From positions 97,343 to 161,342 of the forward strand of contig JAKAJD010000002.1 of assembly GCA_021813945.1 (NCBI GenBank): DNA of 64,000 nt. Direction: 5' to 3'. Source of the stretch: a bacterium. Its GTDB lineage: Bacteria > Patescibacteriota > Microgenomatia > Curtissbacterales > GWA2-41-24. Position numbers and translations under genes: made by a program. How positions within the stretch are numbered: position 1 is the first letter of the stretch; every line of letters begins with the position of its first letter. A model generated the notes under the pieces. The model was not told the DNA's origin, did not search any database, and saw nothing but the letters and a program-made list of their open reading frames with translations. Shown one piece after another: positions 34,459 through 43,068 of the stretch.

Positions 34459-35844
34459 ATGGCTATACAAGCAAGAACAGAATTTGCATCAGCTCTGAAT
34501 CAAGTTTGCTCAGAACGCGGTTTAGAGCCGGAAGTCGTTGTTGACTCCATAAAACAGGCGATTTTGGCTGCCTACCGCAAAGATTACGGGGAAGCAGAAG
34601 GAATTGATGTTGACCTGGACGTTCAAACTGGCGAAGTTTCACTTACAAAAGACGGCAAAATCATGACCCCACCAGGGTTTGGCCGTATTGCCGCCCAAAC
34701 CGCCAAACAAGTGATTTTACAACGTATCCGTGAAGCCGAAAAAAATGCAATCCTCGAAGAATATTCATCTAAGATAAACACAATAGTATCTGGCCTGATT
34801 CAGCGAATTTCTGGCCCAGTCATAACTGTCAACCTCGGCAAAGCTGAAGGGATAATGCCTCCGGGAGAGCAGTCCCACAACGAAAAATATTTTGTCAACC
34901 AACGGCTAAAATTTTACGTTGTTGGCATCAAAGAAGGTACTCGTGGTGAAGAAATCATAGTCTCGAGAAGCGCAAACGGTCTTCTTGAAGGCCTTTTCAA
35001 ACAGGAAGTTCCCGAAATTACCCAAGGCACAGTTGAAATTAAGACAATCGCAAGAGAAGGCGGATCCCGTTCCAAAATCGCCGTCAGTTCAAATCAAGCA
35101 GGTGTTGACCCGGTCGGTTCTTGTGTGGGTCAAAAAGGTGTCAGGGTTCAAGCAGTGATAAACGAGTTGGGCGATGAAAAAATCGACGTTATTTCTTATC
35201 AAGAAGATCCGGTTGAGTTTATAAAAGCTGCTCTTTCTCCCGCAAAAGATCTTCAGGTCAAAATAGACGAAAAAGAAAAAACAGCAGAGGTTATCACTCC
35301 CGACGATCAACTTTCTTTAGCAATTGGCAAAGAAGGCCAAAACGTACGCCTTGCAGCTAAACTTACAGGTTACAAAATTGACATTCGAGGGAAAACTGGT
35401 ACGCCCAAAGAAGTCGAAGCTAAAGAGAAAGCTCTTCAGGAAGAAGCCAAACGAGCACTTGGTGTAACTGATGATACCGCGAAAGAAGAAAAGGCAGCTG
35501 AATCCGTTAGCGAGACTCCTCAGCCCGGGAATCAACAACCTCCATCACAGCCAACCGATCAACCTCAAACACAATCATCGGCTCAACCAAATGATGATAC
35601 TCAAGATGTTCCACCCGCAGAAGACGTGGAACCGCTAATATCAGATGAAGAGGAAAAGAAAGAAAATGAAGCATCCGAAAAACTTGGAGCAACAATTTCG
35701 ACTGACCAAACAGAAGAACAACAGTCAGAACAACAGTCAGAACAACAGGGCTCTCAACCTCTGCTGGAAAAAACAGAACAAGGCGATCAAGAAAATATGC
35801 AAGCTGAAAGTCCAAGTGAGGACAGCGCTGAGCCTGCCAAATGA
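34459..35844 (+). CDS. nusA: transcription termination/antitermination factor NusA with acidic Q/E/P-rich C-terminal tail
   Basis: NusA N-terminal domain, S1 domain, KH domains (SSNQAGVDPVGSCVGQKGVRVQAVINELGDEKIDVI). About 110-aa low-complexity tail containing the tandem EQQS-EQQS-EQQG. Confidence 0.9.
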   Translation: MAIQARTEFASALNQVCSERGLEPEVVVDSIKQAILAAYRKDYGEAEGIDVDLDVQTGEVSLTKDGKIMTPPGFGRIAAQTAKQVILQRIREAEKNAILEEYSSKINTIVSGLIQRISGPVITVNLGKAEGIMPPGEQSHNEKYFVNQRLKFYVVGIKEGTRGEEIIVSRSANGLLEGLFKQEVPEITQGTVEIKTIAREGGSRSKIAVSSNQAGVDPVGSCVGQKGVRVQAVINELGDEKIDVISYQEDPVEFIKAALSPAKDLQVKIDEKEKTAEVITPDDQLSLAIGKEGQNVRLAAKLTGYKIDIRGKTGTPKEVEAKEKALQEEAKRALGVTDDTAKEEKAAESVSETPQPGNQQPPSQPTDQPQTQSSAQPNDDTQDVPPAEDVEPLISDEEEKKENEASEKLGATISTDQTEEQQSEQQSEQQGSQPLLEKTEQGDQENMQAESPSEDSAEPAK

Positions 35845-35877
35845 AAAGCCGGACGCTGCCACTAAATTTAAAAAGAT

Positions 35878-37308
35878 ATGACAGATACAAAGTCAATAAA
35901 GTTTCGTCCACCGATTGTCACCCTAATGGGCCATGTCGACCATGGCAAAACAACGCTTCTTGATGCTATCCGCAAAAGTAATGTCGTTTCTCGCGAACAC
36001 GGTGGTATAACCCAGCACATTGGGGCCTACCAGATAATCTTCGAGGAAAAACCAATAACCTTTATCGACACACCTGGCCATGCAGCGTTTGAAAAAATGC
36101 GCTCGCGCGGAGCAGAAATTGCCGATATTGTTGTTTTAGTAGTCGCTGCCAATGATGGTGTAAAACCTCAGACAACAGAAGCCATAAAACACATTAAAAA
36201 AGCCGAAAAACCAACAATAGTGGCAATAACAAAAGTAGATCTTCCAAACATCAATACCGAAAAGGCCAAAAGAGAACTAAAGGATCAAGATGTTGTCGTA
36301 GAAGGCTATGGTGGCCAGGTCCCGGTCGTCGAAGTTGCGGCCCCAAAAGGTCAAGGGATCTCCGAACTTTTGGAAGTTATAGAGCTCCTTTGGCAAATTT
36401 CTCCTAGTACCAATCTTCCAGACGATCCCCTGGAAGCAGTAATAGTCGAATCTTTTATGGATAAAAACAGGGGAGCCATAGTAAGTGCAATTCCAAGACA
36501 GGGAACACTCAAAGTTGGCAATAAAATCAATCTAGACGGAGAGACAGTTACAATACGCGCACTAATAGATGACATGGGGCAAAACATAAAAGAAGCTCCT
36601 CCAGGCAAGCCGTGTGAGATCCTCGGATTTAAAAAAGCTTTGGATGTTGGCACCGTGATTCGGGACACCACAACCACCAAACAATCAGCTGGTTCGACTC
36701 AAGCAACACTTGCCGATATCATCGCCAAATCTCAAGAGGTAAAGGACAAATTTAAAATAGTCATAAAAGCCGATGTCTTGGGCTCATTAGAAGCAATTTT
36801 GGCCAATTTGCCCCACAATGTGTTGGTCGTTTCCCAGGGAGTTGGGGAGGTTCAGTCAAACGACGTATCATTTGCAAAACTTGCCCACGCACCGATTTTA
36901 GCTTTTAACGTTAAAACAACATCATCAGTTCAACATCAAGCCGAAAGAGAAGGCGTCGTCATAAGACCTTACCAAATTATTTATGAGCTCATTTCCGATA
37001 TGGAAGATGTCTCCACTGGTTTTGAAGCTGCAAAGCAGGAGAAAAAAATAAAAGCCCAAGGCCAAATAATCGCGATCTTCACAATAGATGGCAAAACAAT
37101 TGCCGGCACAAAAGTCACCAAAGGAAAATTCACAGTTGGTGACAGCGTTTTTGTTAAATCTCAAGGAGATACTAAAGAATCAAAAATAGCCTCTTTGAAA
37201 AAATTCAAAAAAGATGTAGATACAGTTGTTGCTGGACAAGAATGCGGCATTGGCTTATCGGCCGATCTTGACTTTAACCAAGGGGATATAATAGAATCCT
37301 TGGGCTAA
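35878..37308 (+). CDS. infB: translation initiation factor IF-2 (compact; begins directly with the G domain)
   Basis: [30 protein letters not shown], plus domain II and C1/C2 domains. N-terminal domains absent; 476 aa total. Confidence 0.9.
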   Translation: MTDTKSIKFRPPIVTLMGHVDHGKTTLLDAIRKSNVVSREHGGITQHIGAYQIIFEEKPITFIDTPGHAAFEKMRSRGAEIADIVVLVVAANDGVKPQTTEAIKHIKKAEKPTIVAITKVDLPNINTEKAKRELKDQDVVVEGYGGQVPVVEVAAPKGQGISELLEVIELLWQISPSTNLPDDPLEAVIVESFMDKNRGAIVSAIPRQGTLKVGNKINLDGETVTIRALIDDMGQNIKEAPPGKPCEILGFKKALDVGTVIRDTTTTKQSAGSTQATLADIIAKSQEVKDKFKIVIKADVLGSLEAILANLPHNVLVVSQGVGEVQSNDVSFAKLAHAPILAFNVKTTSSVQHQAEREGVVIRPYQIIYELISDMEDVSTGFEAAKQEKKIKAQGQIIAIFTIDGKTIAGTKVTKGKFTVGDSVFVKSQGDTKESKIASLKKFKKDVDTVVAGQECGIGLSADLDFNQGDIIESLG

Positions 37309-37326
37309 AATTATACCCAATATAAA

Positions 37327-38238
37327 ATGGACGATTATCTTAAACAACAAACACAAGACAAGTTAACGAAATCGGAAAAAATCTGCATTGCTGTTTCCCA
37401 AACCCTGGGATTTGACGGCCTAGCATCAGCTCTGGCACTTTACCTTTCACTTTCAAAACTCGGCAAAAATCCTCAAGTTGTAGCAAAAAATCCAAGCGTA
37501 GACGAGGCCATGAAACTTTACGGGGTTGGCAAAATCGGCAATCTACCTGATAGTAAAAAAAATCTTGTCATATCTGTCGAACATGCTTCAACTAATGTTG
37601 ATAAAGTTACTTACGCATTGGAAGGCAGCCGACTAAAAATAATAGTCCACGCAATTCCAAATTCCATAGGAATTTCTCAAAGCGACATTTCTTTCTCCAA
37701 AGAAGCTTCCAATCCGGATTTAGTAATTGCAATCGGTTACGATTCAATCGAATCTTTGAAAAACGATTTTACTCATGAACAATCAATTGATTCAAAAACT
37801 TTCATAATTACTGTAAATAAGATGCAAATGAGGCAAAATTTTGCTCAAATTAACATTTTAGAAGATGGCGCCAATGGAGTTAGCGAAGTAGTCACACGAC
37901 TATTGCAAGAGCTTGCTCTTCCGGTTGACGAAGATATTGCATTTAATCTTTACTCTGGTATAGCTTTTTCGACTCAAAATTTTTCGCCCGCACTCACAAA
38001 TCCCGCCAGTTTCGAAGCAGCCCAATGGCTGGTTAAGTTTGGAGCAGGCAAAGCAAGCTTTGCAAGTAAACAGGCTGAAGTACCTCAAGATCAACAAACC
38101 AATCAGTTGCAAACAGAAAGACCTTCTCAAGTTAAACCCTTGCAACACGATTTTGATTCCGAAGAAACATCTCAGGAAGATTGGCTAAAACCACCGAAGA
38201 TTTACCATGGTTCCAAATCTTTTGACACCGATTCTTAA
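37327..38238 (+). CDS. DHH-family (NrnA-like) protein with degenerate catalytic motifs (probable pseudoenzyme)
   Basis: ICIAVSQTLGFDGLASALALYLSLSKLGKNPQVV aligns to the NrnA DHH motif I/II region, but DxD is replaced by FDG. The DHH position reads IIVHAIP (VHA). The DHHA1 GGGH motif is degenerate (GAGKA). Confidence 0.5.
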   Translation: MDDYLKQQTQDKLTKSEKICIAVSQTLGFDGLASALALYLSLSKLGKNPQVVAKNPSVDEAMKLYGVGKIGNLPDSKKNLVISVEHASTNVDKVTYALEGSRLKIIVHAIPNSIGISQSDISFSKEASNPDLVIAIGYDSIESLKNDFTHEQSIDSKTFIITVNKMQMRQNFAQINILEDGANGVSEVVTRLLQELALPVDEDIAFNLYSGIAFSTQNFSPALTNPASFEAAQWLVKFGAGKASFASKQAEVPQDQQTNQLQTERPSQVKPLQHDFDSEETSQEDWLKPPKIYHGSKSFDTDS

Positions 38239-38262
38239 CTACTATATACTTAACTCTCACAA

Positions 38263-38526
38263 ATGGCACAAACAACAAAAAAACAGGTTATAGATAAGTT
38301 CAAGACCCACGAAGGTGACACTGGTTCACCTGAAGTTCAAGTTGCCTTGATTTCTCAGCGCATCGATAATGTAGCGTCGCATTTAAAATCTCATTCCCAC
38401 GACAACCATTCTCGGCGGGGACTTCTTTCCATGATTAACAAAAGAAGAAGACTCCTTCACTACTTAATGAGAAAAGCTCCCGATAGATACAAAGATATAA
38501 TAGATAAACTTGGAATGGCCAAGTAA
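38263..38526 (+). CDS. rpsO: 30S ribosomal protein S15
   Basis: DTGSPEVQVALISQRI...HLKSHSHDNHSRRGLL...RRRLLHYL matches uS15. Confidence 0.9.
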   Translation: MAQTTKKQVIDKFKTHEGDTGSPEVQVALISQRIDNVASHLKSHSHDNHSRRGLLSMINKRRRLLHYLMRKAPDRYKDIIDKLGMAK

Positions 38527-38527
38527 C

Positions 38528-38620
38528 TTGCCTTTTCAAAAGTTATAGGTTATAATAGTTTAAGATTCGGGAAAAGAGATGTTGGAAGTTGAGTAATTTG
38601 AATCAATCCTGGTTCAAATT
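38528..38620 (+). promoter_or_regulatory. pnp promoter (TTGCCT-N17-TATAAT, 38528-38556) and leader hairpin (AATTTGAA-N10-TTCAAATT, 38595-38620)
   Basis: Promoter hexamers and the 8-bp inverted repeat read directly. No U-run follows, so not a terminator. Position is analogous to known pnp leader processing sites. Confidence 0.4.
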
Positions 38621-38668
38621 ATCCGATTTCTAACTCCTCTTTCTCCCAGAGTAAATGTATCAGATTTA

Positions 38669-40909
38669 ATGCAACAGAAAATAGTTAAAAAAGAACTAGA
38701 CTTAGGTGGCAAAAAGCTTACTCTGGAAACAGGCAGGCTTGCAAACCATGCAAATGGTGCTGTCCTGGCAACTTATGGTGAAACCGTAGTTCTAGCAACA
38801 GCTGTTTCTCAAAACCCAACTCAAGATTTGGGATATTTCCCGCTTTCTGTTGATCTGGACGAGAAACTTTATGCCGGTGGCCGCATTTCAACATCAAGAT
38901 TCATAAAGCGCGAAAATCGCCCAAGCGAAAAAGCAATTCTTACCTCGCGTCTTATCGACAGGAGCATCAGGCCCCTTTTCCCCAAAGGATATCAAGCCGA
39001 AGTTCAGGTTATTATCACCGTACTCTCGATTGACAACACAAACGACCCTGATATTCCGGCACTTATTGCCACGTCTGCTGCACTCGCGATTTCCGACATT
39101 CCCTGGAATGGACCCATTTCAGGCTTAAGAGTTGGTCTAAAAGAGGGTAGTTACATTCTTAATCCTACAGAGGAAGAGCGAGCAGCATCTCAGCTGGAAG
39201 TTTTAGTTGCGTCAACAAAAGATGAAATTGTCATGATCGAGAGCACAGCCAATGAAGTTGATGAAAAAACGATCTCCGGCGCTTTTAAATTTGCTCAAGA
39301 ATCTGGAAAAGCCGTAATTTCTTTAATTGAAGATTTTGCAAAAGCTGTTGGTTTACCCAAACAGGAATACCAAGAAGAAAAATTATCCGCAAAAACTGAG
39401 GAAAAAATTCGCCAATTTATCGAAAAAAATCTCATGGCAGATTTCGAGACCAAGAGCCAAGATGAAGGTTGGTTTGGCGACAGTCTGAAGATACTTGAAG
39501 AGGAATTTCTCAAAAAAGAGGAAAACGCTGAGTTGAAAGAAGCTCAGGACGAGGAAATCAGCACTAAAATTTTAGCTAACATATTGGAAGAAATTGTCAC
39601 CGATAAATTAAGAGACGACATCTTAACTCACAAAAAACGCCCAGACGGCCGAAAACCCGACGAAATTCGCGCGCTTTCGATTAGCGCTGGCTTACTTCCG
39701 CGAACCCATGGTTCAGCAATTTTCCAGCGAGGCGAAACTCAAGTGTTATCAATTGTCACTCTTGGCTCACCGGCACTAGAGCAATTAATAGAGGGTATGT
39801 ATGGTGAAGAAACCAAAAGATATATGCACCATTACAACTTTCCACCATTTTCAACCGGCGAAGCCAAAAGAAGAGGTGCTCCGGGAAGACGCGAAATTGG
39901 CCATGGAGCCTTAGCTGAAAAAGCCCTTGTTCCGGTCATTCCGACATCAGACCAATTTCCCTACACAATTCGTGTGGTATCAGAAGTACTCTCCTCCGCC
40001 GGCTCAACATCTCAAGCCTCTGTTTGTGCCTCAACCCTTGCTCTTATGGATGCCGGTGTTCCAATAAAAGAGCCTGTAGCTGGAATCTCAATTGGTTTGA
40101 TAACCGACAAAAAGGACCGTTCAAAATATGTCACTCTAACCGACATTGCCTATCAAGAAGATGCCCAAGGCGACATGGATTTCAAAGTTGCCGGTACCAA
40201 AAATGGAATAACGGCAATTCAAATGGATATAAAACTAAACGGCCTCTCTCTCAAAATTCTGGACGAAGCCCTCGAAAAAGCCAAATCGGCCAGACTTTTT
40301 CTTCTTGGTGAGATGCAAAAGATTATTCCCGAATCTAGAAAACAGCTTTCCCAGCACGCACCTCGCGTTATCGTTGTCAAAATTGATCCATCAAAAATTG
40401 GTGAAGTTGTCGGTTCAGGTGGCCGCGTGATCAATAAAATCATAGCCGAAACCGGAGCGGCAATTGATATCACCGACGACGGCAATGTCACAATAAGCAG
40501 CAAAGATGCCCAAGCTTGCCAGAAAGCGGCAGAATGGGTTGAGGGAATTGTTAAAGAACCACAGCCTAATGAAGAATACGAAGGAACTGTCAAAAGAATT
40601 ATGAACTTTGGGGCTTTTGTTGAAATATTGCCCGGCAAAGAGGGGCTTGTCCATATTTCTCAGCTTGCCCCTCAAAGAGTAGAAAATGTAGAAGATGTCG
40701 TAAAGATCGGACAAAAAGTCAAAGTAAGGGTTGTCGAGATAGATGACCAGGGAAGGCTTAATCTTTCAATGCTTTTTGGTGACGACATCAAAGATATCCC
40801 CCCACGCGAACCAAGGAGGGATACATCTCGAGGCAGATTTGATAACAGAAGGGGAAGAGACAGAAGATCCGGAGACAGAAGACAGGGGAGAGGACCTAAA
40901 AGGTATTAA
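38669..40909 (+). CDS. pnp: polynucleotide phosphorylase with RG-rich C-terminal tail
   Basis: Two RNase PH domains, KH domain (GSGGRVINKI), S1 domain, then REPRRDTSRGRFDNRRGRDRRSGDRRQGRGPKRY. Confidence 0.95.
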   Translation: MQQKIVKKELDLGGKKLTLETGRLANHANGAVLATYGETVVLATAVSQNPTQDLGYFPLSVDLDEKLYAGGRISTSRFIKRENRPSEKAILTSRLIDRSIRPLFPKGYQAEVQVIITVLSIDNTNDPDIPALIATSAALAISDIPWNGPISGLRVGLKEGSYILNPTEEERAASQLEVLVASTKDEIVMIESTANEVDEKTISGAFKFAQESGKAVISLIEDFAKAVGLPKQEYQEEKLSAKTEEKIRQFIEKNLMADFETKSQDEGWFGDSLKILEEEFLKKEENAELKEAQDEEISTKILANILEEIVTDKLRDDILTHKKRPDGRKPDEIRALSISAGLLPRTHGSAIFQRGETQVLSIVTLGSPALEQLIEGMYGEETKRYMHHYNFPPFSTGEAKRRGAPGRREIGHGALAEKALVPVIPTSDQFPYTIRVVSEVLSSAGSTSQASVCASTLALMDAGVPIKEPVAGISIGLITDKKDRSKYVTLTDIAYQEDAQGDMDFKVAGTKNGITAIQMDIKLNGLSLKILDEALEKAKSARLFLLGEMQKIIPESRKQLSQHAPRVIVVKIDPSKIGEVVGSGGRVINKIIAETGAAIDITDDGNVTISSKDAQACQKAAEWVEGIVKEPQPNEEYEGTVKRIMNFGAFVEILPGKEGLVHISQLAPQRVENVEDVVKIGQKVKVRVVEIDDQGRLNLSMLFGDDIKDIPPREPRRDTSRGRFDNRRGRDRRSGDRRQGRGPKRY

Positions 40910-40911
40910 AA

Positions 40912-41913
40912 ATGAAGCTTACTCCCAGAATCATTTTGGGAATAGCAGCAACCGCTTTAATTATAGCTTCAATTGCACTGGCAATAGTCTTCACTAAAAA
41001 AGATCAAAGCTATATACTTTTAACTTCAAAAGAAAATCGCTTCGACTTAAATTTCAGAGTCCAAAAGAAAGACCAGGAAAATTTTCAAAAAATTCTTTCC
41101 TCTTTAGAAATACCTCAAGACGTTCAAAATGGCGTTAATTTTCAGCTTGACAGCACTTCATCTGCAAGGCTCAACTTCTTAGCGCCAATAAAAGCCAGTC
41201 TCAATTTAAAAGATAAATCAGTCAACTTATCAGGCGAAACATCTATCCCAATGTTTCTTTACCAATCTTCAATCAATCAAGTTAGATTACCCAAAAGCAC
41301 AAATCTTGCCATTTTCGCACCAAGTCTTGAAAATTTCGTCAAAGCCCGATTAAATCTTCCTCAAAACATCTCTTCTTGGTTGGACAAAAACTTTTCACAG
41401 GCAAATGGAAGTTATCTTGCAGTGTACGGCCCCAACCCCGACTATTCACTGTTGATCAAAAAAGACCAAATCAGCTTTGACGATCTTAGAAATCTAAAAG
41501 ATTCAAACGGCGATGCTATCTATAAAGAAGAATCAAGCGGTGATATTAAACTCCATTTTTTACAAACACCTAGTACAAATTTTCAAGATCAACAAACACT
41601 TACCTTTTTTCAGCTTGGCACATACCAAGTTATGTCTTCGTCACCCGCCGCAGCCAAATCCTTAATTGATGCCCAAAAATCACAAGATTATTATAAGTTT
41701 CCACAAGAAAGCAACCAAAAAGCCGCCTTACTGGCCGAATTTTCAAATTCCAACGAAAACACAATTTCCGACCAAGCCGAAAGTTTCCTGCTCCAATCCT
41801 GGGAACGATCCATAAGTTCAAAAACGAAATTGGCAAGTTCCATAAAGCGAATTAAATTTGCAAGCTTTGCTTTGAAGGAACAGTCGTTTTCTGGTTTAAT
41901 AAATTTAAAGTGA
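40912..41913 (+). CDS. hypothetical membrane-anchored protein (N-terminal TM), coupled to the Lon-like ATPase gene (GTGA overlap)
   Basis: 333-aa ORF with one N-terminal TM helix. No family recognised. Confidence 0.5.
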   Translation: MKLTPRIILGIAATALIIASIALAIVFTKKDQSYILLTSKENRFDLNFRVQKKDQENFQKILSSLEIPQDVQNGVNFQLDSTSSARLNFLAPIKASLNLKDKSVNLSGETSIPMFLYQSSINQVRLPKSTNLAIFAPSLENFVKARLNLPQNISSWLDKNFSQANGSYLAVYGPNPDYSLLIKKDQISFDDLRNLKDSNGDAIYKEESSGDIKLHFLQTPSTNFQDQQTLTFFQLGTYQVMSSSPAAAKSLIDAQKSQDYYKFPQESNQKAALLAEFSNSNENTISDQAESFLLQSWERSISSKTKLASSIKRIKFASFALKEQSFSGLINLK

Positions 41914-42959
41914 ATTCCCAATCTGCCCAGTTCGAGGATATCAACTTTCTCGAAGCTAAATTAAAATCGGCTCAACTTCCCAAAGATTTATATATCAAAG
42001 CCGCTGCCGATATCGAACGTTTAGTTCGTTTGGCATCTGCTAAAGGTTATGGGGAAGAATATGACGCCGTTTCCAGATATTTGGATTGGATTATAGCTCT
42101 TCCTTGGAACATTAGAAGCCAGGATGTTCTTTCTCTAGAAAATGCCAAAAAAGTTTTAGATGCGAATCATTTTGGTTTGGAACAAGTTAAAGACCGCATT
42201 TTAGAGTTTGTATCAGTCAATAACCTCAGAACAGCCAAAGGAGAAAAAAGCAATTCACCAGCACTTTTACTCTTAGGTCTTGTCGGAACAGGTAAAACTA
42301 CCATGGCTTATTCTGTTGCAGATGCATTGGGCCGAAAATTCGGCAGAATTCCCATGGGTGGAATGGGAGATGCTGCACAGTTAAGAGGAAGATCTCGAGC
42401 TTACCCCGACGCTGAACCGGGGCAAATTATTAAAGTTCTAAGGCGCGTCCAAACCAAAAATCCGGTAATTCTTCTTGATGAAATTGACCGTGTTACCGAA
42501 GAAGCCAGAGCCGATGTCATGGGAGTTTTGGTAGAGCTTTTAGATCCAGAGCAAAATAGCGCTTTTATAGATCACTATATAGATTATCCTGTTGACCTTT
42601 CGGAAGTGCTTTTTATAACAACTGCCAACAACACCGGCAAAATTGCAACTGCCGTTATAGACAGGCTTGAAATTTTGGAAATGCCAAGTTACACCGACCA
42701 ACAAAAAATCATAATCGCCAAAAGTTATCTCTTACCAAGAGACCTTGCCGCATCTGGACTTTCGCCTGGCGACATCCAAATAGAAGAAAAAGTCTGGAGC
42801 CAAATAGTAAGGCCTTTGGGATTTGATGCTGGAATGAGAACACTCGACCGCACAATAAAAAGCATCTGCAGAAAAATAGCCAAACAGAAAGTTGAACAAA
42901 AGGTTTCAAAGGTAACTATTTCCGAGGCAAATTACAAAGAATATTTACCCTCGTACTAA
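41910..42959 (+). CDS. Lon-derived AAA+ ATPase module lacking the N-terminal LAN domain and the C-terminal S16 protease domain
   Basis: Aligns along the Lon AAA+ module: YLDWIIALPW, HFGLEQVKDRILEFVSV, LLGLVGTGKTTMAYSVADALGRKF (Walker A), ILLDEID (Walker B), LELLDPEQNSAFIDHY, sensor-2 region. Ends at ISEANYKEYL, about where Lon's protease domain would begin. No Ser-Lys protease domain follows. Confidence 0.75.
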   Translation: MNSQSAQFEDINFLEAKLKSAQLPKDLYIKAAADIERLVRLASAKGYGEEYDAVSRYLDWIIALPWNIRSQDVLSLENAKKVLDANHFGLEQVKDRILEFVSVNNLRTAKGEKSNSPALLLLGLVGTGKTTMAYSVADALGRKFGRIPMGGMGDAAQLRGRSRAYPDAEPGQIIKVLRRVQTKNPVILLDEIDRVTEEARADVMGVLVELLDPEQNSAFIDHYIDYPVDLSEVLFITTANNTGKIATAVIDRLEILEMPSYTDQQKIIIAKSYLLPRDLAASGLSPGDIQIEEKVWSQIVRPLGFDAGMRTLDRTIKSICRKIAKQKVEQKVSKVTISEANYKEYLPSY

Positions 42960-42961
42960 CA

Positions 42962-43016
42962 CAGCCTATTCGAAGAAAGGATGAATTACTTGTAATTCAG
43001 CCTATTCGAAGAAAGG
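42962..43016. repeat. 19-nt perfect direct repeat CAGCCTATTCGAAGAAAGG x2 (42962-42980 and 42998-43016, period 36), followed by palindrome GGGTACAAAGTACCC (43015-43029)
   Basis: Direct reading of the 109-nt intergenic region between the Lon-like gene and ftsK. Confidence 0.7.
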
Positions 43017-43068
43017 GTACAAAGTACCCTATAGCAATTTTATACGCTCTAGTGTAAAATAAAAAAAG

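Noticed and set aside
38595..38625. tRNA-like T-arm (CCTGGTTCAAATT) in the pnp leader
   Set aside because: No complementary T-stem, acceptor stem or anticodon arm can be built around it. It is the loop and 3-prime arm of a simple hairpin. No tRNA genes were found in any intergenic region of the window.
42960..43068. Remnant of a Lon S16 protease domain downstream of the Lon-like ATPase
   Set aside because: Only 109 nt separate the stop from ftsK, and the region is dominated by the 19-nt direct repeats. Far too short for even a decayed protease domain of about 540 nt. A tblastn check would still be decisive.
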